This document shows positions 12,525 through 26,619 of a stretch of DNA of 64,000 bases, piece after piece. Location of the stretch: assembly GCF_033153115.1 (NCBI RefSeq), contig NW_026889761.1, positions 20,212,001 through 20,276,000 on the forward strand. The letters run 5' to 3'. The notes beneath the pieces are model-generated. The model searched no databases, had not been told where the DNA came from, and worked only from the letters and a program-made list of their open reading frames with translations. How positions within the stretch are numbered: position 1 is the stretch's first letter; each line of letters begins with the position of its first letter. The position numbers were made by a program, and so were the translations under genes. This DNA comes from Saccostrea echinata. Lineage: Eukaryota.

Positions 12525-14410
12525 TTTTCAAACAGGTGACTCAACCACTAACCAGTTGGTGAAAATCTATAATTATACTATTATATCCAATCTTGATAAA
12601 GGCCGGGATGCAAGATTTGTGATATTTCTAAAGCCTTTGATAGGGTCTGACATGAAGGAATCATATTTAAATTGAGGGAAATTTGAATATCAGATCAAAT
12701 TTTAATCTGGGTTAAAAATTACTTAGTGAACAGGAAACAAAAGGTGGTCCTTGATGGTTATGCATCAACTCTTGGATCAACTAGTTCAGGTGTCCCTCAA
12801 GGATCTGTTCTAGGACCTTTCTTATTCTTATTATATATTAATGATATTTCTCCAAATTTAAGAAATAATGTTCGACTATTTGCTGATGATACTTCACTCT
12901 ACATTATTGTTGACAATAATATAGTCAGTCATTGACAAATGACTTAGAGAAGTTGGATCAGTGGTCAAAACAATGGATTGTTGACTTTAAGCCCAAGAAA
13001 ACAATGAATGTAAATTTTTCCAGAAAAAATATTTCTCATCCCAATGTTAAATTTGGCATAAATGACCCAATGATTGAACCATCTAACAATCACACACATT
13101 TAGGACTAAATTTTCAGTATGATGCCAACTGGAAATCTTACATACAAATTACGTATGAAAAAGCATGTAAACGTTTAAATCTTCTACGAATGTTAAATCA
13201 TTCTCTTTGTCGAGACGCGTCAATAAAAATATATATGTCATTTATTACACCAGTCTTAGAATATGGTGATGTTGTTTGGGATAATGTGTAATGAAAGGGA
13301 ATCATCTTTATTGGAAGAAGTTCAAATTACTGCAGCAAGAATTATTACAGGAATGAGAGTGAACTCATCAAGAACACTTTTATATGATGAACTGGGGTGG
13401 AATACATTATCTGACAGAAGGAAAGTACATAAATTATTTTACAAGAGAGTGCATGGGATAGCACCAGAATACCTTCAAGATCTACTAAAACCTTGTATTC
13501 CATCCCACACTCCATATTCCTTAAGAAACAATGATGGTCTTACTTTTCTTATTCCTCAAACTAGGACCACATCATATATGAATAGTCATTTCCCATCTAC
13601 AATTAAAACTATGGAATAATTTACCATATCATATTAGAAATTTACCAACTCTATCTTCATTCATTAATGCCATTAAAAAGGCTCATTACAGAACTCCCAA
13701 TAAGCTTTTTAATCATGGAAATCGTAGTCAAAATATTATTCATTGTCAATTAAGAAATAATGCTAGTAGTTTAAATGCTCATTTACAGAAAGATTATATA
13801 AATGAAAGTTCTAAATGTGAAAACTGTGGTTTTCATACTGAAAATGCATATCATTTTTTCTTAGAGTGTCCATGTTATGTCGAGCAAAGAAATACTCTTT
13901 TTAATTGTATATCTAGTATAGACCTGCAACATCCTGTATCTCTAAATCTATTGTTATTTGGTGATAGTAATATTCTTTATGCAAAATATATGAAATTGGT
14001 TAATTGTGTTCATAAATATATATTTCACAAACCAAGAGGTTTCATAAATGATGTGAAATTATGAAATATTTGTTTCTCGTTTAAATCAAATACACATTCA
14101 TTGTATTTTATATAAATTGTTGTATTTCCCATTTTTCAGTTTTTTTCTCTCATTTCCACATAAAACGGTATTCATTTGATTTTTTCCTACTCTTATTTTT
14201 TTCTAATCTTTTTTTTATTTTCTCCTAAATTCCATTCAATTTTATGTTACTTAACTATAACTTATTCGTGATATGAACCTGTATTTATATGTAGTAATAT
14301 GTATATTTTAATTAATCTTGTACCTGTGAAGAGGGCTTATATAGGCTATGCCTGCTGCCCAATCCAGTTATTTATTTATTACATGATAAAATATGTTCAA
14401 AACAAAAATA
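12525..14410 (+). mobile_element. 5'-truncated, degenerate CR1/L2-group LINE (RT, C-terminal region and 3' UTR)
   Basis: GDSTTNQL, DISKAFDRV*H, GVPQGSVLGPFLFLLYIND, LFADDT, HLGL, LEYGDVVWD and a CENCG..ENAYHFFLEC zinc motif across several frameshifts and stops; A-rich 3' end. Confidence 0.9.
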
Positions 14411-16484
14411 TCAGACTGGTAATGAATCTGGTATATGGCCACATGTTCACCTGAGCATTTTATGTTTGATTTAAATTATAGAATTATTGTGGATTCTTCC
14501 CTGGTTACCCAATTATGAAGGAGAGTGGATTTAGAGGCAAACACCTAAGTGCGGGTATTACTGTCTTATGAAAGCATCTAGTTAAATACTAGTTTTTCTG
14601 CATCCTGTTAGTGATATAATTGCCTCATGAAAGCAATGGTATTTTGCTGAAATAATTTTTTGATAAAGGCAAGCGAATATGTAGTGAGTATATCAATGAT
14701 AAAAATCTAAATCGCAGACTAATAAGTTGATGTTACATGGACCGCTGAATTTTGATAATCAAACTGGGTCCAAGTTAAAACAGCATAAAAACAAATATAA
14801 AAATGAATTGACGTTCACAATGAATTTATTCATTTAAATATTCTATTCATTTGAATAAATATTTCAACAGGCCAGTAGGAACACGGTGAGGGGAGTGCGG
14901 GCGGGGAGGGGGGGGGGATGTGGTGGCTGATTCCCCTTTTATATGCCGTCAGTCAATACATGTCATATATACTATACAATGGAAACAAAGGTAACGGTGT
15001 CCCTTATAAAGAACTTTTTTTTCGTTTAACTTATTTATGAACTTCTATTTGCCCCCCCCCCACCCTCCCTAAAAAATCTTTCTACGGAGCTGTGTATTTA
15101 ATTTATCTTTATTCTTTAGATTTTTATGAAAGATGTTCAATTCCAAGTGGACAATTTTCACCATGAAGCGTTCTGTAAAGGAAGGTCTCTAATTTGCTTA
15201 AAATCCTACACATTATCTTATTCCTTTTTTAAACTGTGCGAAGAACCCTTAGTATACTATTTTGGTTCTAGTTGCAATTTCTATATAGTTAACGTTTCGA
15301 ATATTACATGATCGCCACAGGCAATACAAGTATTTTTTATTTCCAGCGATAGAGAGCCATTGAAACGCTCTCTATGCCCAACCCACCAAAAAATCGTAAG
15401 GATCGATGTCTCAGCGCCTCTCTCGGCGCAATATATCCATTTGTTCACGAATTTGAAAAATTAATGTATATCAGGCCACCTCTAGAGATTTATTTTATTT
15501 GCCCTCTACCCGCCTAACATTTTATATAGAGGTCCGTGCATTTTACAATGAGTGTGTGAGCAAATTCTAAACGTTATATTTTCGATATGTTCCACATACT
15601 TTTTTGTGAGTATTTGCCAAAATCAAAAACAAAATAATACAAGAAACACTGCTCTTGCAAGCCGTAGCATAAGTATGTCCCCTTGACCCTAGCGGTGTAA
15701 TAGTGGATTTGAAAGCAGAGCGCAAATACACTCTCAAAGGTTTGCAATATTTCAAATTTTAAGAAATTGTCACATTTTTATTTCCATAGCAGTGGCAGCT
15801 ATTTTGGATATATAAACCCCAGAAACACACATCAGTATTTTGTATGTGTTTTTTGAAATACATTTCAAATGAAATTTCTAATTTTCCCCATGGGAATAAC
15901 TGAAAAATTGTCAATATTATTTCTTAGTAAAAAGATGAAAAGATAAGACTTTTAATCAGTGCTTCATTAGAATTGGTTTTGCAACTAGTTACTGTGAAAA
16001 ATACGATTTAAAATTTTCAATTCTTAAACTTCGTATATTTCAATGGAACTGGTGGCCATTTTGAAAAATTTAAATGTTGAATCCACAAGTAGACTGTTTG
16101 GCTATAATTTAAAAAAATGTTCAGGTTGTCTACTGCGAGATGGGTTGCCCCCCTCCTAATATATAAGAACAGGCATGATATTTCATTGCGAAAATTGGCT
16201 TTTGAAGATATCGAACACTATAATTATTACACAGAGCAGGACCCCCCCCCCCCCCCCCGGGAAAATTTTATCTGGTATGGATTCTGGTGTTAGGGGAAAT
16301 CCTACTGTAGAGTCTTTTTTCTGTCAGAGCAAGCTTTCCGGGGGAAAAGATTTTACAGAAAAAACCTACTCTACAAGACCGGTTTTCGTGATTTTCAACC
16401 AAAATGAAAAAGATGAAGATAACAAAAAGTGATCGATTCAAAAGATCTTTAAAATTATAGAAATTTAATAGGGAATGAACATGA

Positions 16485-16895
16485 ACCCTGGAAACGCCGG
16501 AAGTGGGATCAGCTGCCTATGAGGAGTAAGCATGCCCTGTCGACCGGTCACAACCGCCGTGTGCCTTATACGTAGTGACCAGGTAGATGTAGTAGTGTTC
16601 TGTAAATCATAAAAACAATAACAATAGGTATGCAACATATCAGTCAAAATGCGACCAAGTGTTAGATTATATTTGCAAACGAGGTTTATACCGATTATAT
16701 AAATTTGCTTGTCATACAGCTTAATTTTTATTGATCATTATCGTCTATAGTCAGTAAAACAACAAAATATTGAAACAGATGTGGCAGACTCTGTGATGTC
16801 TTTAATATCGAATTCACTACATATATATCGAGTTTATATACACGTATGAATGAAGTAATTATTGTTAATTGATAAACTGTCGTCGATATTTCTAT
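16485..16895 (-). mobile_element. Old, internally deleted Penelope-like (Naiad-type) fragment
   Basis: Family 3' motif at 16500-16562 and a degenerate YIDD..SINN..ELDIKD remnant at 16775-16893. Confidence 0.6.
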
Positions 16896-16896
16896 A

Positions 16897-19090
16897 TGAA
16901 ATATAAGGAGATAACGAACAGTATTCAAGCTCAAAAGTCCATTAAACATTACAAAATAGGAGCAGAGCAAACACGGACCTCCAAACATCAGAGGTGGGAT
17001 CAGGTGCCATGGAGGAGTGAGGATCCCCTGCCGACCCGTCACACCCGCCATGTGCTCCTTGTCATGATCGGGAAATAACGGAAAAATCTGTCGACAATTC
17101 AGTGTGTAAATAATGGCCTAACAATTAGTATGAAAAACGTCTGTCAGCATTTGACTCAATGATCATAAATTGTATTTGCTGACAAGGTCATTGTATCGAC
17201 CATAGAACTTACGAAATGATGACTTTAAACGAGACAGCTGATATTCTTGTTTCATCAACTTGTTTGTCAATAATTTACCTCTTTTTTTTAGAAATAATAC
17301 ATACGTAGAACATGCTCTTGCATATCGAATCGACTGAGAGATATATACCCCGTATGCAGGTGATGAAGGTATATTGCTGCATAAGTAAGGGAAGTTGATG
17401 ATTGAAAAGTTAGTCATCACGTTTACCATAAAGCTTTATTGTTAGATTACCATTAACGTCTTTTTCAAGTAAAATATCCAAATATGAAACAGATGTGTCA
17501 GACTCCGTGGTATCTTTTATCTCAAACTCAACGGGATATATCGTATCGACATAAGAATAGAAATAGCCATTGTAAAATGACAATACGTCGTCGATATATA
17601 TAAATGTTGAGTTGAAGGCCGCAGCAAGTATTTTCTTCTTATGCAGAAGTTTTTTTAAAAAAATAAACTCTGCTTCATAGGAATTAAAAAAAAATACAGG
17701 TCGGCTAATAATGGCGTATAACTAGTATTCATCGAAATACCAACAGATTGTTGGAAGACCTAGTCTTCAAAGACTACATAGTTGTCAATCAGGAACTTAA
17801 TTTTGCAACCTCATGTAAACAATTTACCATTACCTAAAATAAATATTAAAATTTTCGATATGATCTTATTAATTGCAGTAAAGATGGTATTCCATGAGTG
17901 TTTGTATACGAGAGTTGTCCGGTAAAAGTTTGTACATAGCGTTTTTATCGAAAAATAATGCACGCACTGAGCTGAAATTTTCAGTAAATGTTTATTTATC
18001 ATATCTAAGTACATATTAATATTTTTTGTTGTAAATAATAAGCAAAAATAAGGATTTTATTACAGTCCTATGAATATGTATAGGATGTGGTCCTACGGCA
18101 CACGACAAAAAAATTGGGGTTTTGTTAGGGAAAAAGCGAGTAGTATTTTGAAATATAAATATAAAATAAGTAAGGTTGAATAAAAACTATCATGTTTTAA
18201 ATCACTGTGTATGCGTCATTTGAAGAAATTTAAGGAATTTGCTTAATTTTTGGCAGTTTTCCGAGACGTTAAAATGGGAAAGTGGTGAACGCAACAGATG
18301 AAAAATGGCGACGATTGCTTACGTTACGGCGCACTGGAGAGCAATTCAGTAATATGTTGATTGAATAATGACTTTCAGCTTTATGTTGATTGAATAATGA
18401 GGCCTAAAGAGACTATAAAATGAAACCAGACGATGATAAAATATAAAAAATATCACTAATATATAGAATTTAAGTGGAATGGACATTTTTCTAAGCGGAA
18501 TCGTTTTGATCGAGTAACCCGGTAGATCGAAATATAAAGGCAATCATCTATTCGCAATAACTTCCATTGCAAACTGTCGAAAAAAGACTACCTATTTAGT
18601 TCAGTGAAAGTGAGAGTACCTTCAATAACTTACCAACAAGTTTTCATAAGGATTTATATATGTGTGAGATTGGTCCTACGACTGTTTATGGAGGAATGAA
18701 GGGGAACTCAAGTTTATGCGTCATTAAAATTCCCGGACTTTAAATCAAACTTTTTTTTAGCAAAGATGAAACGTGACGTTGCTATAGACATCTTTACGTT
18801 ATCATCCATGTGCCGTAAGGCATAACATAAACATAACATAAAACCCCATATTTTGTTTATTTAAGCATGCTACTCTGAAATTTGATATATACATTGATAA
18901 AAAATGTACTGCAGAGTAGGGCAAATTTTAGAAAGCAGTCTCCATTATTTTTTTCACTCTAGTCTACGATTTTACCGGACAACCCTCGTATAGTGTTGAA
19001 AAATCATACGTTTTGAAGTTACTGACTTGGAAAAATGTTGTACATAATCACATTTGAGTTACACCACTTCTTGAATACTAGTATGTTGTA
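16897..19090 (-). mobile_element. Penelope-like (Naiad-type, C-terminal RT) fragment interrupted by a mariner MITE
   Basis: Minus strand encodes YDFST|LY (split by the MITE), YIDDVL, YPVEFEIKDTT, SYLDI, NFSIINFPYLCSNIPSSPAYGVYISQSIRYARACS, followed by the conserved 3' motif. Naiad assignment is inferred from RT ending with no downstream GIY-YIG. Confidence 0.75.
17909..18988. mobile_element. Tc1/mariner-type MITE
   Basis: TA TSD; TIRs CGAGAGTTGTCCGGTAAAA / TTTTACCGGACAACCCTCG. A possible nested element lies at about 18090-18820 (CCTACGGCACA / TGTGCCGTAAGG). Confidence 0.85.
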
Positions 19091-19574
19091 GAATAGTACG
19101 TCTGAAATGAAAATTCTCCTTCACAGCAGTTAATATTCTTGGGAGGAGTAAATATATATAAAACATGTATAACAACGTCCAAATCAAACAAGGGGTAAAA
19201 TATTGTACTTGGGGTCAATATTCAACAGGGTCAATTTTCAACGCGTAATTGACCCAAGTTAAAAATGTCTGCATTATTGTGTTGGTCACTGTGGACAATA
19301 CGTGCCAACTCGATTAAAACGTTAAATTAAATAGATATTTGTTTTGATATATTGCATATATTTATGTCTTTGTTAACAAGAGGCATTAAGAGGAGTAGTC
19401 CATAAATTGTTAATTGTTCCAGTAGTGAACTTAAAAAAAAGCTGATCATGAAATTTAAATATTAATTGGCAACGGATAGATTTCTCACTGACACGAATTG
19501 AACTTCCTGCTGTCTAACGTTACGTAATTTAAGGTGTGCCAAAAATAATATTCATATAATGTACAAGTAAAAAA

Positions 19575-22365
19575 ATGATTAGGATACTTGTTAGCCTTCT
19601 ATTTGAAACAGATAATGTACTATTTGAAAAAAAAAATTATTTAAGCAAAGATATCCCTGTATTGTGTATAGTTTATTTCATTTCATCGGTAATGTATTTA
19701 TTTCAGGCATTATGCAATTGCTGTACAAGTATTTGTTTTGAATCCTCTTTAAAAACTTGTTTTAGGTCATAAGTATAGAAATTGGGTTTTTTTTTTCCCG
19801 AAGAGACTTAGAAAGCAGTCTTCATTTGTCAACTATACACTGAGAAGAAGGAACTTCAATAAGAATAGTTGCTTTGGGTACAAAAACAAACGCTTGCAAA
19901 ATGTGGAACTTTGGTGTTGTCAATTATTAACAAATGGCTACATATTTTATAGGACTGAATGAAAGAATATCTCTTAAGTAATGATTGTCATATTCATTGT
20001 ATTTAAAATTAAATGAAATTTTCATTTGATTCGAGAAGACAATATCATTAAGTGATTGTATAAGGGTTATTATATTTTAGGAATACCTCTCATTTCAATC
20101 TCAAAGCCAATAACAGTAATTGAAATGATTTATTTTCCATATGAACGAGGTTTTCCCTTTGATCGTCAGGTTTCTAGTTTTCCAGAAATGACAACTTAAG
20201 TATTTTTTTCTTCTTCATTTTTTTCCATCCATATCGCTTGAGTATTCATTCCAAATCGATGATATACTCCGAAAGTTTTATGCAGGTCTTGGTTTTCATT
20301 AGGAATTAAGAAACCCTTTATCTGTGGATTTTGTGTGATTGCAAATGTCATATATATGGGCTCTGTTTGAATATCTCCAAGCAAAGATAATTCTTCCCTT
20401 AATAAATCTTTTTTTTGACCTGAATAAAATAATTTTGGCAGTACAACTTTTAACCCCTAAGACAATATTTTAGCAATGATTGTGTAATCATGTTGAGCAT
20501 TGTTAATGGTTCCCCAATTTTTAAAAAATCTTCCCTTTATGTATTAATAAATTGACTCCATTTGTTTCTGAGTGATAGAATACAGCCTTATCAAAATATG
20601 TTTAACGCCTTTAAAAAATCAGTTTCAACTTTATCTCAGTATTTCTGATAAAATTTCAAATTTCCCAGGTGATTTATTCGGTTTTAAGTAAATAACTGCT
20701 TTAAAGATCTCGTTATCATTGATATAGCAATCGACATCATCCCGTCTAATTTACATTGTACTTTATTTAATAAGAATTTTCCAATTTCACTATCTCAACC
20801 CTCCGTATTTTGTCATTTCTGTCGGATTTTCGACAAACAATAAAACACAAGGTCAGTTCATATCACACATATTCTGGACACATTTAAAATTGTATTATTA
20901 ATACAAAAAGAGTTGGATGGGTCACGAAGATATTTCTCAAACTTTGTAAAAAGGAAGGGGGCACAAGAGTACTATTACTCCTAAGCAAAAAAGTTTGAGT
21001 GGGTTACAAAGATATTTCTTGGACTTGGAGGGGGGAAGGGCATGAATACCCCTTGGAAAATGTACCATATAAGTACCTTGTTAAGTACATTCTGTCTGCA
21101 TTTGAAACTACTAGTTATTATGTGTTTTATTGTTTTCATTTTCAAGTCTTTTTTTTCTCATAGCTATGTCTCAATACCTTCACTATAACTGCTATGGCTC
21201 TGGTCTGATGACCGCCAACTGTTCAGACACACAGCAGATATATCCTGTGGGGGTCAAGGTAGGGACAAAGGAGGCCTCGCTGAATTGCTCAAAGGAATAC
21301 ACACAAGACCTAAACTGGACCATGGCTCAGTTTGATCAATGTTGTAAGCCAGATCCTGGTGATTTGTGTATTGGAGATTATGTTAATGTTGGTAACCCTA
21401 CGAATTCATCCATCTTTTATAAATACTGCATTGGAAGGAACTCATGCCAGATTCATCAAGTACAAGGGGTAGATACTTTACTCTTATCTTGTGACCAAAC
21501 GTTATATTATCCACAAACAACATTTATGGCCTTCGAATACGACTGCATAGACGGTGAGTTTCTAAAAACAAATTTTCTCAATTATTCTACGATAAATGTT
21601 TCATGAAGGATTCATATAAACAAATATTGAATGAAAATCGTTGTTCAGTAAAAATAATTGAATAAAATTTGTCGTTTCCTTAAATCTAAACTCTTTACAA
21701 AGAGTTGTTAGGAATATAATTTAAAGAAATCTTTAAATCTAGTTTTGTGTACATTTATGTACTTTGCAATGTCCAAATATATTTTATTTCATTTCAGTAT
21801 CAAAAGTTCTTATATTAAACGCAAATAAGAGCATTTCATCAGCACTCGGTGATAGTGTTTATATGCAGGGACATGACTATAATTTGGTTCCTAGTATATC
21901 ATCAGCCATGACCACGTCATCTTGTTCAATCGAGGCTCCTTTCTGTGACAGCACTATTTCCATAGAAGTCCTAGACCTGCGTTTGGCCACTGATGGTCCT
22001 GACTGCAAACAAACAATAACAATTATTGACGAACATCGATACGCATACTTAACTTGTGTAAACAATGTTAACTTTCAAAGATTCAATTTGTCGTCCGAAT
22101 ACAATTATCTGAAAGTATTTTTTTTTCAATTCCATGACTTCCAATGGCGGCCATTTTTGGTTTTGATTTAGAGGTATCAATCTTTTAGAAAGCACACAAT
22201 GTACACAGTTTACTTAGTAAAAACTTTCTTTATGAAGGCTGCAGCTAATGTAGACATTTTCAGCCTTTGTAAAGGAAATTGTTTTTGGCTTGAAATAGAC
22301 ATTTAAGTCATTGCAGTGATACTCTATCAAAAACAAAATAAGATCAACTTTTTTACCTAATTTTA

Positions 22366-22402
<37 letters not shown>

Positions 22403-24214
22403 ACAAAAATTATAAATCCTGATATTTATCTCCATTTTGATCTAGAAAAATTTATCTTTTTTCAAAAAAAGTTTACTAGGATGCTTTCAAATTTTAAATC
22501 CATGTTTCCATACATATTTTGACATGAAAAAATATCGAACATATTACATGTGTTCTATCCTCAGGTACACACTCAGATGTTATACGGATAGACTGTCCGG
22601 CTAAACCTCCCGTAACCGATTGTAATTTTACAACAACAACTGAGCTGACGCCAACTTCTAAGTTCGATACAAAAGCAGAGCCAATTATAACAAGTAATTT
22701 TTCTTTACTCTGATTTTAATTTTTTGTAGAAGTGTCTAAATATCTATCGTTTTCATCATTTTCATCTAGAAACTATTAATAATATATGATTTATGTAAAT
22801 TCTAGTAAGCTTTAAAGATCTGATTACAGATCTTGTCTGCATAATCTTGGGTATTGCTTCGGCTGGCTTGGCAACTTATCTGATGATATTGATAGTGTGT
22901 TATTGGTTTTCAAAAAAGGTAAAGTACATTTCGGTGCAAGAGGACTGTTAAAGTATAAGCTTACTTGCCTGTTCTTTGTGATTGAAAGAAAGCATTGAGA
23001 CACAGTTAACGCTTCAGGAGTTCCATTTTCGATAGTTAAATCCTGTAAATTATCCGTTAAAAAAGATAGTTTTAAAGTTTATTTTCACAGTGAAAAATTG
23101 CTGTAATTTTTAAGTTGGTGACGACAACTCTCCTTTTAACTTTAATGGGGCAAAATTAAAACTAAAGAAGTTGTGAGAAATAAAAAAATAAATATGTTGT
23201 ATGTAGATAGAATATTAATTACTTGTGAGACAGTTTATTAAAAAAAATATTCACTTATGCTTTAAAATCGTGAAAACACTAAAAAATTCCGGTCCCACAC
23301 AATTAATTCAACAACCAACTTTCAAACATTGAATATCCTCTATATATTTAGTCGCTTTTTATCATGATTTTTTGTTCATGTTCATTCAGAAAACCCGCAA
23401 AATTAGTCCGCAGAATAAAACTGAAATCAAGAAAAGCAATTGGCCAGAGAAAGAAAAGTGCACACTCGAGAAAATCGATGAAAATCAAAATCGTTTTGAG
23501 ACTGAGGCGAAATGTAGAAAAGGAGAAACACTGAATGGCGGTGATAGGCAAGAGGAACTATCAAAAGACACCAACAATGATGACGTGTACACAAGTGTTA
23601 CTCCACGCCAAAATGGTGTATTTTATATAGAAAACGAGTCTGGATCTCGACACAAGAAGAAAAAGAAGCATGCTAGACGAAATAAAAGAAAACAGCATCA
23701 ATCAGACAATTTGGAAGGAAATAAAAAGATATCAAAAAACATATCACAAACACAAGATGCTGACACAGGGGTATACGGATCAATATCGACTGACTTACTA
23801 AATCAAGATAGTCAGAATCTTACAAATATGGACCCCGTCGACCACATTAAAACCAAACAAAAGAAGAAAAATAAAAAGCGAAAACATTCCAAATATGACG
23901 ATGATATTGCTTACAAAGATATCAGAGAGACACTTACGCCTTACAAAGATATCAATCAGAAGCTTGAAATGTCCCAAACTGATGATGCAGTAGGTTATGA
24001 ATATAAGCAGTCATCGGGGAATTATTTGTTTAAAGTCATCAAGTCCAATCCATGTGATATGAAAGAGGTGAAAAAGGAGAGATCGGATATTGACGACAAA
24101 AATATGGCTGAGGAAAACCAAAGAAAAATTAAAAAGAAAAAGAAAAAGCATGCACGTAAGATGGCTGAAAATGATCACGAATGTAGCCTCTCTCAGAGCG
24201 ATATTTTGATGTAA
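19575..24214 (+). pseudogene. Disabled tandem paralog of the 917-5096 membrane-protein gene
   Basis: Homologous exons 19575-19611, 21164-21553, 21798-22173, 22565-22693, 22830-22918, 23390-24214. Lesions: exon-1 donor GT>AT (19612), +1 frameshift in the T-run near 22118-22126, GGA>TGA at 22164-22166. Confidence 0.8.
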
Positions 24215-25282
24215 ATATCAAGGTATACAAAAACAATTAGAATCACAAACACAAATATATTATTTATACATAGCCGGATTTTGAATCTCGCACAGCTATT
24301 TTACTAGAATGTTCAATCGTAAATAATTTCAACAGAATGTTTGTAAACTTTAACTTTAATAAATTATGTCAATAAATTGGAGATTTTACATAACATGCTA
24401 TATTTATTCCAAAATTATTGGTAGAGATATAGTTAAAAAACCCTTTCTCATATTAATATTTTGTTCAATCTCTTATTTGCGTGACATAACTCAATCCACA
24501 AATTGAAATTGAAATAAACTTCTTCATATGCAATCTAGACGCGGGAGCTTCATCTTTAGGGAAAAATTTGTCTGGAGCAGAATTTACATTTATATCTACC
24601 GGACATAAAACGTACGTCTCAGAAATCAGGATGTGACATTATTCCAGAAAATTTGCTCGGGAACTCAAGAGTCTTGATTTTAAGCGGGGCTGCTATATAG
24701 CATGCGACTAAGTGTAAAACATGGCTTGAAAATTTTAAAAGTTGTTGATTTTTTTTATTATCTGAATAATACTACTTTTGTACTATGCCCTGTATTAGTT
24801 TGACAGCAAATTAAGTTTTTTTTTTATCCGATGTATCTATATCTGTTATCTGTATCGTGTGCCGCATTTTTTTTTTACTTATGATGACTATACCATCTAA
24901 CTTATGTAAAGTTCTGAAGAAGGAAGACAAAAATAAAATAAGACTTATTAGGAAGTTTGGATTTTATCTCATTTTAAATTCTATTATTTTGATTTGTTAC
25001 TAAATAAAGCTTATGATGGACTGGTAGAAGAACTGATACTCTTCCATTTTCATAAATCCTATGTCAGTGTATGAAGTCTATCTTAAATGAATATTATTTT
25101 GCAAATCAAATTTTATTTACATAAGTTTTAAAAAGAATGTTTACGTTTAATAGTGATTGTAGTATGTGTATATAATTCTGATATATGACGTTTCAAAACT
25201 ATTAAAAACTTTATATTCACCACTACTTTTTTCTGATATATGATTTTATTCCTGATTTGGTTGATGTCCTCAACATATAAGA

Positions 25283-25461
25283 ATTGATTGATTGTATGTC
25301 TTTTTACGTCCCATTCGAGAATTTTTCACTCATATAGAGACGTCCTCATATACCGGTGAAGGGCTTTAAATTTGGATCTTTATTCGGCACTCACGGCCAT
25401 TGACCAGTGAGGGATCTTTATCGTGCCAACGCCTGCCGTGACACTGGGCCTCGGTTTTTGG
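25283..25461 (-). mobile_element. SINE 3' part with (CAAT)n tail
   Basis: GATTGATTGATTG tail followed by ACGTCCC..TCGAGAATTTTTCACTCATAT.GAGACGTC...GCCATTGA.CAGTGAGGG, a body typical of bivalve tRNA-derived SINEs; head missing. Confidence 0.65.
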
Positions 25462-25807
25462 TTTGAACAAAATTGAATCTACACTACCTGAGGATGCTTC
25501 CAAATAAAAACGATTAATTGTGGCATTTCTGTTCTTGAAAAGAGGAATTTTACAGATTGTTTCCCCCGAGGCTCATGATTAGAACAAATTCAAATCTACT
25601 CTTTGTTAGAAAGCTTTCACATAAGTTTCATTTTTTCCGGTCCAGTGGTTCTTGAGAATGAGATTTTCAAATAACCCAACCCAATTTTCACTATTTCTCA
25701 ATTTTCTCTCTTAGAAGAGAATGTGGTCCTTCATTTGAACAAACTTGAGAATCTCTTTTATCCAAGAATACTCTGTGCCAAGTTTCATTGAAATTAGCCA
25801 GTTGTTT

Positions 25808-25851
<44 letters not shown>

Positions 25852-25885
25852 GACAACAACGCGTTTGGCTCAGGTGAGCTAAAAA
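25462..25885 (+). mobile_element. 3' end of a HINE carrying Cg170-like satellite monomers
   Basis: GAACAAA.TTGAATCTACACTACCTGAGGATGCTTCC monomers, (GAC/AAC)n microsatellite, GGCTCAGGTGAGCTAAAAA end. Confidence 0.7.
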
Positions 25886-26059
25886 CCCTGTCTGCCGCTT
25901 TGAATTTTGAAATTCTTTGCCCGAGGAACTAAAGATTATTTTTTGGGAAGATATATTTTGAAATATTTTGTATAGATCTGTTTATTTTGTAAGGAGGCCT
26001 ACCTCTTATCCAAAATAAGCAAAAATTATAATTATTACATAACGAAATAGTTTTTTGGA

Positions 26060-26250
26060 ATGAAATATATGTAAATAACGAACAGAATTCAAGCTCAAAA
26101 GTCCATTTAACATTACAAAATAGGAACAGAGCAAACACGGACCTCCAAAACATCAGAGGTGGGGTCAGGTGCCATGGAGGAGTGAGCATCCCCAACCGAC
26201 CGGTCACACCCGCCGTGTGCTCCTTGTCATGATAGGGAAATAACGGAAAA
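26060..26250 (-). mobile_element. Penelope-like 3' terminal fragment (pLTR-like)
   Basis: Near-identical to 16897-17085. Confidence 0.75.
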
Positions 26251-26619
26251 TGGAACTATAAAACATGTTTTATTTTCTGGATCCAGGGTGGGCTATCATT
26301 TTGTTTTTCTTTGCTGAAGGTACTCAAAACATCCGTTTTCAGCAAAATTCAAGAACATTGCAATTTCACAAGCCAATTCATTTAATACCAGGTCATGGAG
26401 TCTACTTTATTTTCAAGTTCAATATTAAGAAAAAGTGTTTAATAATGACCAGAACTTTTTGGCCGCATGCGCTTGTGGTTATTCAATAATTAATAATGAA
26501 TACAGCATAAACACATTGCCAAAGGCAATAGGAAAGGTCATATTTGATAATATTGCTGCTTCAAAAATATTAATGTTTTTTGTTCTTCCAAGTTTTTGGA
26601 AATAAAACTAAAGTAATTG

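Noticed and set aside
22164-22166. TGA as selenocysteine
   Set aside because: It aligns to Gly (GGA), not Cys, in the paralog, and accompanies a frameshift and a lost donor.
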